From positions 1 to 64,000 of the IMG/VR virus record IMGVR_UViG_3300035696_001556: a DNA stretch of 64,000 nt; one strand, 5' to 3'. Position 1 is the first letter of the stretch; the number at the start of each line of letters is the position of its first letter. The DNA is from a virus. Positions 50,071 to 58,962 of this stretch are shown one piece after another. The notes under the pieces are model-generated. The model had not been told where the DNA came from, did no database searches, and saw only the letters and a program-made list of their open reading frames with translations. The position numbers and the translations under genes are program-made.

Positions 50071-50373
50071 ATGATAAGCTACAGCCTAGAATGGCCTAAT
50101 ATTGATATAAGAGGAGCCGTATTGACTGGTTTTTCTTATATAGAGAACATGGATGAGATTGTTGGTTTTATAACTGCCCGTCCAGAGATAGTCAAGAAAA
50201 TACTCTTTGCTTTCCCAGAAGAATTCAAATGTGATTTCATACCGAGTGGTGGAGTAGGAATACTGCGCACCGCTTATGTATTATATCGATCTCTCAAATG
50301 GAATGAGATACGTTTCGTAAACAGGGAAAAAACTATAGAACTACAAGTTCTTCTTGTAGACAATCAAAGTTAA
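50071..50373 (+). CDS. hypothetical protein
   Basis: 100-aa ORF. Confidence 0.6.
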   Translation: MISYSLEWPNIDIRGAVLTGFSYIENMDEIVGFITARPEIVKKILFAFPEEFKCDFIPSGGVGILRTAYVLYRSLKWNEIRFVNREKTIELQVLLVDNQS

Positions 50374-50384
50374 AAGGAATTTTT

Positions 50385-50558
50385 ATGGAAGAGAACAGCA
50401 CCAGTTCAAAATCTATAATCCAAAGTAAGAATCCTAATATAGTTGTTTTTTGTTGCCCGAAGTGTAAATGTGAATTTGATGTTTTGATAAGTAAAAGTTT
50501 GGAGAAACAAAGCTGTCCTGATTGTTCTTATTCTGGTAAATTTAGGTTAATGAGATAA
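50385..50558 (+). CDS. Small zinc-ribbon protein (57 aa, not in the ORF track)
   Basis: aagga RBS; CPKC...CPDC. Confidence 0.55.
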   Translation: MEENSTSSKSIIQSKNPNIVVFCCPKCKCEFDVLISKSLEKQSCPDCSYSGKFRLMR

Positions 50559-50577
50559 CATATAAAATGGAGGCGTT

Positions 50578-51012
50578 ATGGTATACGACTATAAGTGTAT
50601 AAAATGCGGGAACGTTGAAGAACAGTACCACGGCATGAACGAGACCCCAGAATTTTTTTGTTCTAAATGTGATAGTCCCATGGAAAGGATATTCACTATT
50701 AATAGAACTGGATTCATTATTCGAGGAGAAGCTCCCAGCAAAGTAGTCAAAGAACAGCGATACAGACAAAAACATAATGCTGATTTGAGTGTAAAGCAGG
50801 TCGAACGTTATGGAACAGGCCCTAAGCCCGTTCCGAATGTGGGTGGGGAAGAGGTAGGCTCCTGGTCCGAAGCTGCCAAATTAGCAAAGGATAAAGGCCT
50901 CAATACATCTTCTTACGAACCCATGATCGCCAAGGAAAAAGCTACAAGTAAAATATCTGGTATAAATGATAGCGCGTGGAAAAAAGTCAAAGAAGCAAAA
51001 GAAAAAGTATAA
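50578..51012 (+). CDS. FmdB-family zinc-ribbon protein
   Basis: YDYKCIKCG..E..HGM....CSKC...MERI....GFI.RG. Confidence 0.8.
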   Translation: MVYDYKCIKCGNVEEQYHGMNETPEFFCSKCDSPMERIFTINRTGFIIRGEAPSKVVKEQRYRQKHNADLSVKQVERYGTGPKPVPNVGGEEVGSWSEAAKLAKDKGLNTSSYEPMIAKEKATSKISGINDSAWKKVKEAKEKV

Positions 51013-51040
51013 GGTAAATCAATGACTTAAGTGCTATTTT

Positions 51041-51058
51041 TGATTATCTATTAATATT
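51041..51058 (+). promoter_or_regulatory. 18-bp conserved intergenic motif
   Basis: tgattatctattaatatt. Confidence 0.55.
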
Positions 51059-51065
51059 AATTGCT

Positions 51066-51094
51066 AAGGTGTGTAGTTCATACACACCTTTTTT
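51066..51094 (+). terminator. Hairpin plus T run (terminator and/or RHH operator)
   Basis: aaggtgtgta-gttca-tacacacctt-tttt. Confidence 0.65.
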
Positions 51095-51109
51095 ATTTCT
51101 GAAATACAA

Positions 51110-51283
51110 ATGAAGCGTACAAACATACATCTGACGGAAGATGAGATTAAGAATCTCGACAAGATATCGGAGCGTTCGGAATTGAAAAAAGCTGAACTTA
51201 TCCGAAGAGCCGTTGATGATTTCATTGAGAATTATAAAATTTATGGTTTGACAATAAAAGGTATAACAGGAGTAGTGAGATGA
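51110..51283 (+). CDS. Ribbon-helix-helix (CopG-like) protein, 57 aa, not in the ORF track
   Basis: MKRTNIHLTEDEIKNLDKISERSELKKAELIRRAVDDFI...; ATGA-coupled to the glycosyltransferase gene. Confidence 0.8.
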   Translation: MKRTNIHLTEDEIKNLDKISERSELKKAELIRRAVDDFIENYKIYGLTIKGITGVVR

Positions 51284-54200
51284 CCACAGATAGTAAATTA
51301 CTTAGCCTGAATCTTATCGTAGGCCCCGGTGAAGAAAAGGAATTAAAGCGATGTTTAGAGTCTTGTAAAGGAGACCTCTTCGATGAGATTTGTGTCACGG
51401 TTGCTACTCCAGATCCAAGTGAATCCCTTACGGCTATAGCCCTCGAGTATACCACAAATGTTACCTATTTCAAATGGATAAAGGATTTCTCTGCCGCGAG
51501 AAATTTCAACTTTGCTCAATCACATTGTACACATGTGCTTTGGTTGGATGCAGACGACGTCATCAAGCCTGATAATTATCAAAAGCTTCTAGCGCTGAAA
51601 CCGTCCCTTGCTGGTTTCGATATTATTTTGCTTCCCTATGTCTATGCTCACGATGACAAAGATAACCCTGCAGTAGTTCTACCTAGAGAGCGTATAATCA
51701 AAAATTGTCCAGAGATTTCCTGGCACGATCCTATTCATGAATATTTGAACATGGAACCACAGTTCAAGATGAAAAAAGAAGAGAACATTTTCATAGACCA
51801 TTACAGGACAAAGCCATTTAATCCAAAAAGAAATTTAGACCTTTTAAAAATAGAATATGAGAAGCCTAACTGTTCCGCTAGGATAAAGTTCTATTATGGC
51901 AAAGAACTTGCGGATAACAACGAATGGGATGCAGCTGTTCCAGTCCTTGAGCAATTAATAAATTCCGGAGAGGGCTTCAGGGATAATCTGGTGATAGCAT
52001 GCATAAAATTGTCTAGATACTATCACACAAAGAAAAATTACAATGCTGCGAAAGCCATAGCTCTTAAAGGTATAAGTTTCAGTAACTGCTATGCAGAAAA
52101 CTATCTTCTTTTGGGAGATGTTTATTGGGAACAAAAAGACAGGGATAATGCGACAAAATATTATTTGGAAGCCATGACAAAGAAAGTTGGTACCGCAGGG
52201 ATGTCTCAAGAGGCAGATTATTATAGATTCCTACCGGCATGGAGACTGGCCCAGGTATACCGAGAAATGTATGACTTCAAAAAAGCTTTAAAATACTGCG
52301 ATATAGCGATAGAATGTAAGCCGGATTCGAAGGAGTTGAAAGATTATCGTAATGACCTGGTAAGAAGCTCTTCCGCAGTAAAAACAGATCTTGTTATTAA
52401 AGATGAGGTTGAAAAAGCTTTTGAGGATTTGGCTAAAAAAATGAATCTCCACATGGAAGTTGAAACTAACAACATAGAGTATGCTAAATTGAAGATCAGT
52501 AAAATAATGAAAATGAAAATTGCTTGGATGCTCCCTTCTCTAAATATGGCCGAGCCTTCTACAAGAATAAGAAGAATCAATATACATAAGTATTTTGAAA
52601 AAGTCGGGACAGAAAGTGTCATTGTCGATAATTATAGAGGAAAAAATATATATGAGTTAAGGAATAAAGTAGCTGATTCAGATGTGGTTATTTTTACAAT
52701 ATATGGTTTTGAAGAATTAGAGCTGATGAAATACTTCAAGTCTTTAGGTAAAAAAATAATTTTTGATTTCAATGAGGCTATTTTTGGATATCCACTGCAA
52801 CATGAGTGTTTTAATCAAACCGATGTCGTTGTTACATGTTCAACAGTCCTTGCAGAAATGACCGCCAAAAGCGGATACACTAAACCCATAGCAGTCATAA
52901 AAGATGCTGTGGAAGACACACCAGACAAGCCGTCTGCAGTTTATGAGAATAGATATGAGAAGCCTAAAGCACTTTACATAGGTATGGGAGGTAACAGCTT
53001 TCTCGCTTCGGAATATCTTAAGGATGCAATCGATAGGGCTGGATATGATTTGATAATGATAACTGAATGGGATAATGCTACCAAGAAATGGGACCTTAAT
53101 ACCTGGCCTAAAGATATGTGTGCCTGCGATGTGGTGCTATGCCCTCAAAGGGTGGACGTCCAGCCAGCTAAAAGTAATGTCAAGGTTACAACCGCTATGG
53201 ATCTTGGTATGCCGGTCATAGCTTCTCCTCTCCAAGCATACAAGGAAATTATCAAGGATGGAGAGAATGGGTTTCTGTGTGATAAACAAGAGGAGTGGTA
53301 TAACGCCCTTATTAAACTCAAGGATCCGGAACTCAGAAAAAAAATAGGATTGGCCGGTAAAAACTCTATAGATGAATATTCTTTGGAGAGTATCGCCAAC
53401 AACTGGAGGATGCTGCTGGAAACAGTAGTATATGGACGTGTAAAATCCGTAATAGACAAAGAGGAGATAAAAGAAAGCGAGACACCAGAAAAAGCAAGAG
53501 ATCAAGTAGATATTATAATCACAAACTACAATAATGTCGAGTATCTTAAACTATGTGTCAGTTCTATAATGATGAATACTCTCCACCCATTTAATCTGAT
53601 TATTTCTGATGCAGGTAGTGATAAAGAAACGTGGGATTATCTTAACAGCTTAAAAGGTGTCACCATTTTAGGTAAACAGGGAGAACGTAAAAATTTCTCC
53701 CAGACTTGTAACGCAGGCATAGGTCAATCTACGACCAAATATTTTGTCATAATGAATTCAGACTTGATAGTATCAAAATGCTGGTTAACTCCTCTCGTTG
53801 AGAAAATGAACGGCATTAACAGGTTGGCAGCTTGTGGAGTCCTATCTAATTGTGATAGGGGTTGGTTACATGGGGTGCCTGGAAAACCTACATATCCTAT
53901 GAAGCTTCCTAAAGCAGATATAGAATTAGTACCAGGAATGAAGTATGACCAGATTAAACCGCATCTAGATGAGCTATGTAGTTTCATGCAGGAATCTAAT
54001 AAAAATAATGCTGGAAAATATATAAAACAAGATTGGGTGGCGGCTTATTGCACGATTTTTGCAAAGAGCGCTTTAGAAGAAGTTGGATATTTTGATACTC
54101 AATTCAAAAACGGCTGTGAGGATCTCGATTTGTGCAGAAGATTAAGTAATTGCGGATATGAGATAGGTCAAGCTATAGACTCTTTTGTGTTTCACTTCGG

Positions 54201-56670
54201 AGGTGTCTCTAGAGGAGCCTATCAATCTGAAAATAGAGAGTCTTACGATAAAGAAGATCAAGAGAATCATTTAATGTTTCAGAGGAAGTGGGAAAGACAG
54301 AAAGTTGTAATCTGGACTGGTCCAGCATGGGAACCATGGTCGAAAAAAGAAGTAGATAAAGGGATGGCAGGGTCTGAGACTTGGGCAACTTATTTAGCTG
54401 AAGCTTTTGCTAGAAAAAATTATGAAGTTACTATCTATAATGATATCCCTGGGGATAAGAATGGCTATATTTTGGAGCCCGTAGAGGGACTCAATAATCC
54501 TGTAAAATACAGGGATCATACTAGATTTAATGAGGATATCCAGTTCCAATATGTGGATTATCTGATAAGCTCCAGAAGTCTTGAAGCCATAAAAGCGAAT
54601 GTACATACTCATCACAGATATGTCATGATCCACGATATTTGGATTTCGGGAGACCCTAATTTTGATATCATGTCCTGGAAGATTGATGGATATGCTTACT
54701 TAAGTGAATGGCACAAACAGTTTTTATTGCAGCACCATAAGATACCGGAAAATAAGATGTTTTTAACTGCTAATGGTGAAAATTTTAAAAATTATGAGGA
54801 TGTAGATAGCTATGTTAAAAAGAATCAAGCTGTCTACAGTTCGAGTCCGGACAGAGGACTTTACGAACTTTTAACTGTTTTGCCAGTAATAAGAGAAAGC
54901 GTGCCAGATTTTCAGATAGTTGTAGCATATGGTTTTTATAACTGGGAATCTATGTGCAAAGCTAGAAAAGATGAAAAAGGATTACAAGCTATAGCTACCA
55001 TAAAAAAAGCCATGGAGCAGCCAGGAGTAGTTTACGTGGATCGGATAGATAAAAAGACTTTGGCTAAATACCAGAAAGAATCTAAAGTTTGGTTGTATCC
55101 TACATGGTTTAGCGAAACACAGTGCTGCCTTCCTGGTACAAAAATTGTAACTAATAGTGGTTTAAAAAATATAGAAGATGTTACCTCAGAAGATTGTGTA
55201 TATACACATAAGGCTAATTATAAAAAAGTGTCTAAAGCCATGTCCAGAGAGGCAGATGAAGACATTTATGAGATAAAAGTAGAATATTTAAAAGACCCAT
55301 TAAGAGTAACTGGGGAACATCCTATTTATGTTCTACAAAAAAAGAATATAAAATGTTTGAGAATTAGTCATATGGTATGTACAAAGAGAGGGGATCATTG
55401 TAAAACTGATTTTTGTTATTCTAGCCATTATGGTAAAAAATATTATACACCAGGAGCTTGTAAAAATTTAATAGAGAACAAAAATCCTTGTTGGTTAAAA
55501 TCTTCAGAGTTGCATGAAAAAGATTATTTAATATATCCTATCAACAAACTAAACAAGGAATTGGAAGATTTCTCTAATTTTGTTGTTAGTGATAAGCTAA
55601 TTGATGGGGTTATCCGAACAAATAAAACAAAAAGGGGTAGGCCACACGGTATTGAAAATTTCACGATGAATGAAGACTTTTTGGAACTGTGTGGATGGTA
55701 TGTCTCTGAAGGCTGCTTCGATTCGATATCAAGAATCCATTTTGCCCTCAATAAAAAAGAAGAAAAAGAAGCAGTTTTTATAGAAACCCAACTTCAAAAA
55801 TTGAAGTTAAAAACAAAAAGATACTACGCGAAAGATACTAAATCTTTGAGCGTCTCCACTAGTTCCGTAGTGTTAGGTAGGTTTTTTGTGGATAATTTTG
55901 GTTCAGGTGCTGAAAACAAACATATACCTGAATGGATTAAAAATTTAGGACCACAATACCTTAAATACTTTTTGAAAGGTATACTAAAAGGTGATGGTAG
56001 TAAAAATGTTGGATGTACAGTTATTAACTCTGCTAGTGAAAATTTGATATATGATTTATTTGATATACTTTTGAAATTTAAATGTGTATCTTCTTTGGGT
56101 AATTTTGAAAAACCCAGACTTTATAAAATTAATGGAAAAGTTATGAGAGACTATACAGAAAAGTTAAAAGGGTATAGTCTGTCGTGCTCCATGTCACAAA
56201 ATCCAGAATTATTTAATTTTATTGGTTTTAAGGCTGTTGCGTCAAAAAAAATAAGTATTCACGGATTTTTTGACGAGGACAATGTTTATTTGCCTATTCG
56301 TAAAATATCAAAAAGTAGATATGTAGGTAAAGTCCACAATCTTGAGGTGAAAGAGGATAACTCCTATATTGCCAATGGTGTGACAGTTCATAACTGTATA
56401 ACCGCAACTACAGCTGGTTTGTCAAAATCTGCTATAGTTACTTCTAAATATGCCGGTTTAATTACCACTGTTGGAGATTCTGGCATACTTTTAGAGGGAA
56501 GCAGCACGTCTGCCGAGTATCTCAATAAATTCACTGAAGAAGCCATTAAACTTCTTAAAGACGAAGATTATAGAAGAACATGGGCTGAAAAGGCCTGGAA
56601 TAAGATGCAAATGTATTCTTGGGATAAAATAGCCAATGGATGGATAGAACAATTTAACAAGTTTAAATAA
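51280..56670 (+). CDS. Giant multi-domain glycosyltransferase (GT2-TPR-GT4-like-GT2-GT4-like) with intein
   Basis: DFSAARN, WLDADD, IHE; TPR helices; KSNVK...LGMPVIAS; DIIITNYN, MNSD, EDLDLC; GSE, SSPDRGL, YPTWFSET-CI. Confidence 0.88.
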   Translation: MTTDSKLLSLNLIVGPGEEKELKRCLESCKGDLFDEICVTVATPDPSESLTAIALEYTTNVTYFKWIKDFSAARNFNFAQSHCTHVLWLDADDVIKPDNYQKLLALKPSLAGFDIILLPYVYAHDDKDNPAVVLPRERIIKNCPEISWHDPIHEYLNMEPQFKMKKEENIFIDHYRTKPFNPKRNLDLLKIEYEKPNCSARIKFYYGKELADNNEWDAAVPVLEQLINSGEGFRDNLVIACIKLSRYYHTKKNYNAAKAIALKGISFSNCYAENYLLLGDVYWEQKDRDNATKYYLEAMTKKVGTAGMSQEADYYRFLPAWRLAQVYREMYDFKKALKYCDIAIECKPDSKELKDYRNDLVRSSSAVKTDLVIKDEVEKAFEDLAKKMNLHMEVETNNIEYAKLKISKIMKMKIAWMLPSLNMAEPSTRIRRINIHKYFEKVGTESVIVDNYRGKNIYELRNKVADSDVVIFTIYGFEELELMKYFKSLGKKIIFDFNEAIFGYPLQHECFNQTDVVVTCSTVLAEMTAKSGYTKPIAVIKDAVEDTPDKPSAVYENRYEKPKALYIGMGGNSFLASEYLKDAIDRAGYDLIMITEWDNATKKWDLNTWPKDMCACDVVLCPQRVDVQPAKSNVKVTTAMDLGMPVIASPLQAYKEIIKDGENGFLCDKQEEWYNALIKLKDPELRKKIGLAGKNSIDEYSLESIANNWRMLLETVVYGRVKSVIDKEEIKESETPEKARDQVDIIITNYNNVEYLKLCVSSIMMNTLHPFNLIISDAGSDKETWDYLNSLKGVTILGKQGERKNFSQTCNAGIGQSTTKYFVIMNSDLIVSKCWLTPLVEKMNGINRLAACGVLSNCDRGWLHGVPGKPTYPMKLPKADIELVPGMKYDQIKPHLDELCSFMQESNKNNAGKYIKQDWVAAYCTIFAKSALEEVGYFDTQFKNGCEDLDLCRRLSNCGYEIGQAIDSFVFHFGGVSRGAYQSENRESYDKEDQENHLMFQRKWERQKVVIWTGPAWEPWSKKEVDKGMAGSETWATYLAEAFARKNYEVTIYNDIPGDKNGYILEPVEGLNNPVKYRDHTRFNEDIQFQYVDYLISSRSLEAIKANVHTHHRYVMIHDIWISGDPNFDIMSWKIDGYAYLSEWHKQFLLQHHKIPENKMFLTANGENFKNYEDVDSYVKKNQAVYSSSPDRGLYELLTVLPVIRESVPDFQIVVAYGFYNWESMCKARKDEKGLQAIATIKKAMEQPGVVYVDRIDKKTLAKYQKESKVWLYPTWFSETQCCLPGTKIVTNSGLKNIEDVTSEDCVYTHKANYKKVSKAMSREADEDIYEIKVEYLKDPLRVTGEHPIYVLQKKNIKCLRISHMVCTKRGDHCKTDFCYSSHYGKKYYTPGACKNLIENKNPCWLKSSELHEKDYLIYPINKLNKELEDFSNFVVSDKLIDGVIRTNKTKRGRPHGIENFTMNEDFLELCGWYVSEGCFDSISRIHFALNKKEEKEAVFIETQLQKLKLKTKRYYAKDTKSLSVSTSSVVLGRFFVDNFGSGAENKHIPEWIKNLGPQYLKYFLKGILKGDGSKNVGCTVINSASENLIYDLFDILLKFKCVSSLGNFEKPRLYKINGKVMRDYTEKLKGYSLSCSMSQNPELFNFIGFKAVASKKISIHGFFDEDNVYLPIRKISKSRYVGKVHNLEVKEDNSYIANGVTVHNCITATTAGLSKSAIVTSKYAGLITTVGDSGILLEGSSTSAEYLNKFTEEAIKLLKDEDYRRTWAEKAWNKMQMYSWDKIANGWIEQFNKFK
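55123..56394 (+). mobile_element. Intein (424 aa) with LAGLIDADG endonuclease in the glycosyltransferase
   Basis: CCLPGT, TGEHP, CGWYVSEG, GILKGDG, VHNLEVKEDNSYIANGVTVHN|C; splicing restores ETQCITA. Confidence 0.92.
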
Positions 56671-56719
56671 ACCGTACTTATCTAGCCTTCCTGTTATTAT
56701 CCGCTGTATCTATAGCCCG

Positions 56720-56737
56720 TAATACTTTACTAATATT
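56720..56737 (+). promoter_or_regulatory. 18-bp conserved intergenic motif
   Basis: taatactttactaatatt. Confidence 0.6.
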
Positions 56738-56782
56738 TTTATTTCTAACAGAACCTATAAACCATTTGATAAAGGACTTCAG

Positions 56783-57196
56783 ATGATTGCTCCTAACGTG
56801 CATATATTTACTAACGCTCTAAAAATGATGGTTTATTGCGATTTCTTTTCATTTTACTCGGTTTATACAGCATACAATCTTTATTATTCATCGAGTTCTA
56901 GTTGGAGTGGAACACTTATCGGTAAATTTCCGAATGTCATAGATCTTCTATATTCAAAAAATCACGTTATGATTCCATTCACCAGGCCAGTCCCAGAAGC
57001 TTCTTCTTATTATCTGAGATTGGTTGGTGTCTTTTCCGGTGGAAGTGAAGATAGTAGCAATCCTGGCGCTATTAAGTATGTGCCAGCGGTATCCGAATCA
57101 CTTCCATTATACAAGCCAGTTCAGATTGAGGGCTTTGATGCAACAGATAATGTCTACAGGCCCGTCCTGGTTGATACCACTGGGAAACTTTTGTAA
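56783..57196 (+). CDS. hypothetical protein, probably structural
   Basis: 137-aa ORF. Confidence 0.65.
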   Translation: MIAPNVHIFTNALKMMVYCDFFSFYSVYTAYNLYYSSSSSWSGTLIGKFPNVIDLLYSKNHVMIPFTRPVPEASSYYLRLVGVFSGGSEDSSNPGAIKYVPAVSESLPLYKPVQIEGFDATDNVYRPVLVDTTGKLL

Positions 57197-57209
57197 CATT
57201 ATCGCAAGA

Positions 57210-57227
57210 TGATACTCTACTAATATG
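57210..57227 (+). promoter_or_regulatory. 18-bp conserved intergenic motif
   Basis: tgatactctactaatatg. Confidence 0.6.
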
Positions 57228-57274
57228 TGTTGAGTATTATCAGGATTAAACTGAATTTTTAACAGGAGGAAAAA

Positions 57275-57784
57275 ATGAGTGCCCCTTTAGTTAACACATT
57301 GAAGGTTTCCTATCTGGGAACCAATGTCGGAAAGATTTATCTTTCCGACCTGCAAAAGCGTCTTGGACTAGGTGGAGCCCAGGAAGGTGACTGGTACGGT
57401 GGTCAGGACGAGTACATCGTTTGGGGAGAAAAGAAAGTGCTTTTGCTTACTGGTGATGTTATTACCAGTATGACAAACGGTATTATAGCCCACTTCTCTA
57501 ATCCGACCAACACTGAGTGGAATACTTTGAATGGTGCCCCGCTTAGTCTTGATGTTGGCCTTCACACGGTTTACGAGAACCTACCAAGTATTCTGTTCAT
57601 GACCGGAACACTTCTTGGTCCTGCAGGTGGAGCCACAGGGATATGGGGTGGAACAGGCCTTGATTATGCGTGGTCTGATCAGTATCTTTCACAGTTGGCA
57701 ATAGACCAATGGGGTCCTGCAGTGAACGGCCCAACAGGAACTTGGGCAGGTCAAACAGGCTGGTATTACGGGAATGCGATCTAA
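57275..57784 (+). CDS. Probable virion protein (GxTG-rich C terminus)
   Basis: aggagg RBS, with its own upstream motif and terminator. Confidence 0.7.
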   Translation: MSAPLVNTLKVSYLGTNVGKIYLSDLQKRLGLGGAQEGDWYGGQDEYIVWGEKKVLLLTGDVITSMTNGIIAHFSNPTNTEWNTLNGAPLSLDVGLHTVYENLPSILFMTGTLLGPAGGATGIWGGTGLDYAWSDQYLSQLAIDQWGPAVNGPTGTWAGQTGWYYGNAI

Positions 57785-57801
57785 TTGGTGAGTCAATATC
57801 T

Positions 57802-57840
57802 AGAGGCTATCGGAATGTGATAGTTCTGGTAGCCTTTTTT
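57802..57840 (+). terminator. Intrinsic terminator
   Basis: aggctatcggaa...ttctggtagcct followed by a T run. Confidence 0.8.
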
Positions 57841-57862
57841 GCATATACAATGTAAATAGCAT

Positions 57863-58156
57863 ATGGGGTATAAAATGGGAATCCATGGAGATCTTATACA
57901 GACAGACGAAGGCACGAAGACTTGTGATTTATATCTGGCAGCATTTTTTGTATCGGTGGATTGCCAAGTTCTAAAAACATCACGCGAAGGAAAAAAAGTT
58001 TACTTTTTGTTTGACAAAAACGAAATGATAGAGAAACTGAAAGTCTCTTATTTTACCAGGCAAGCTAAAGTGGACGCATTAACATATGCAGATAATATCA
58101 AATCACTTAAAAGCTTGTGTGCCAGTATAGTACACCAGGATATACCGAGGGCTTAA
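57863..58156 (+). CDS. DUF5659-like small protein
   Basis: DLYLAAFF...REGKKVYFLF...Y......VDALTY...IKSLKS. Confidence 0.6.
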   Translation: MGYKMGIHGDLIQTDEGTKTCDLYLAAFFVSVDCQVLKTSREGKKVYFLFDKNEMIEKLKVSYFTRQAKVDALTYADNIKSLKSLCASIVHQDIPRA

Positions 58157-58159
58157 TCT

Positions 58160-58423
58160 ATGTTTGATACATATCAAGGGTCAATAGGATCGATATCCCC
58201 GGCCTTTGGTGGATATAGCGTAGATTTTTATATAAACATTGACCGCGATCCAGGGATTACCGGAACTGCCGGATATACTGGGCCTGATTCTTATACAGGT
58301 CCCGGAGCAGCAGGAGTTACGGGTACGGGGTCTTTGGAACTCTGGAAAGTTGCTACAGGCCTCAATCATGGTGCGACAGGAACCTTTACGAACAATAGAT
58401 CCGATGAAGAAATCTATTTTTAA
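58160..58423 (+). CDS. Small GxTG-rich protein
   Basis: GITGTAGYTGPDSYTGPGAAGVTG. Confidence 0.65.
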   Translation: MFDTYQGSIGSISPAFGGYSVDFYINIDRDPGITGTAGYTGPDSYTGPGAAGVTGTGSLELWKVATGLNHGATGTFTNNRSDEEIYF

Positions 58424-58435
58424 AGGGTAGAAAAT

Positions 58436-58948
58436 ATGTTACGCGTATCCGCTATAGAGGCCGCTAAGTTAGTTGTAGCGGCTTCATTTGTTTTAAAAGA
58501 CGATGTCAAGTTCGAAGGATTCGATGATGTCGGTGAGACTGAATTGTCTCATACCGTTAATGTTCGCAAAAACGGTGAGATGTCCGAGTACGAACAAGAA
58601 TTCAATCAACTGGATATATGGGCTGATCTGTCTTTGGGATTTACCGGAGAACCGCCAAACAGTTATAGAGTGTTTAATTCCATGATAGTTGACTGGGTCG
58701 ATGAACATGAAGATGAACTTAAAAAAATAATAAATCCAAAGCTTATACCATTTTTGAAAGAAAAATTTCCAGATTTGGATGTGTCGGATCTTAAAGAAGA
58801 TTTTGATGATTATATTTTTGAAGACCAGGTAGATTATGTTGCGGGTATTGATGAAGAGGATGGAAGGCTTCATTTTTGTATTGAGATGGTATTAGACATT
58901 GAGAATGAGGATGATGATAAAAATTTTGATAAAAAAGAGGAATCATAA
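58436..58948 (+). CDS. Acidic hypothetical protein whose last ~42 codons are a recoded replacement tail
   Basis: The C terminus is homologous to the orphan fragment at 60197-60331. Confidence 0.8.
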   Translation: MLRVSAIEAAKLVVAASFVLKDDVKFEGFDDVGETELSHTVNVRKNGEMSEYEQEFNQLDIWADLSLGFTGEPPNSYRVFNSMIVDWVDEHEDELKKIINPKLIPFLKEKFPDLDVSDLKEDFDDYIFEDQVDYVAGIDEEDGRLHFCIEMVLDIENEDDDKNFDKKEES

Positions 58949-58962
58949 AAATAATTAATATT

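Noticed and set aside
51248-51267. TTGACA...TATAAC as a sigma70 promoter
   Set aside because: The spacer is only 8 nt and the site lies inside the RHH coding sequence.
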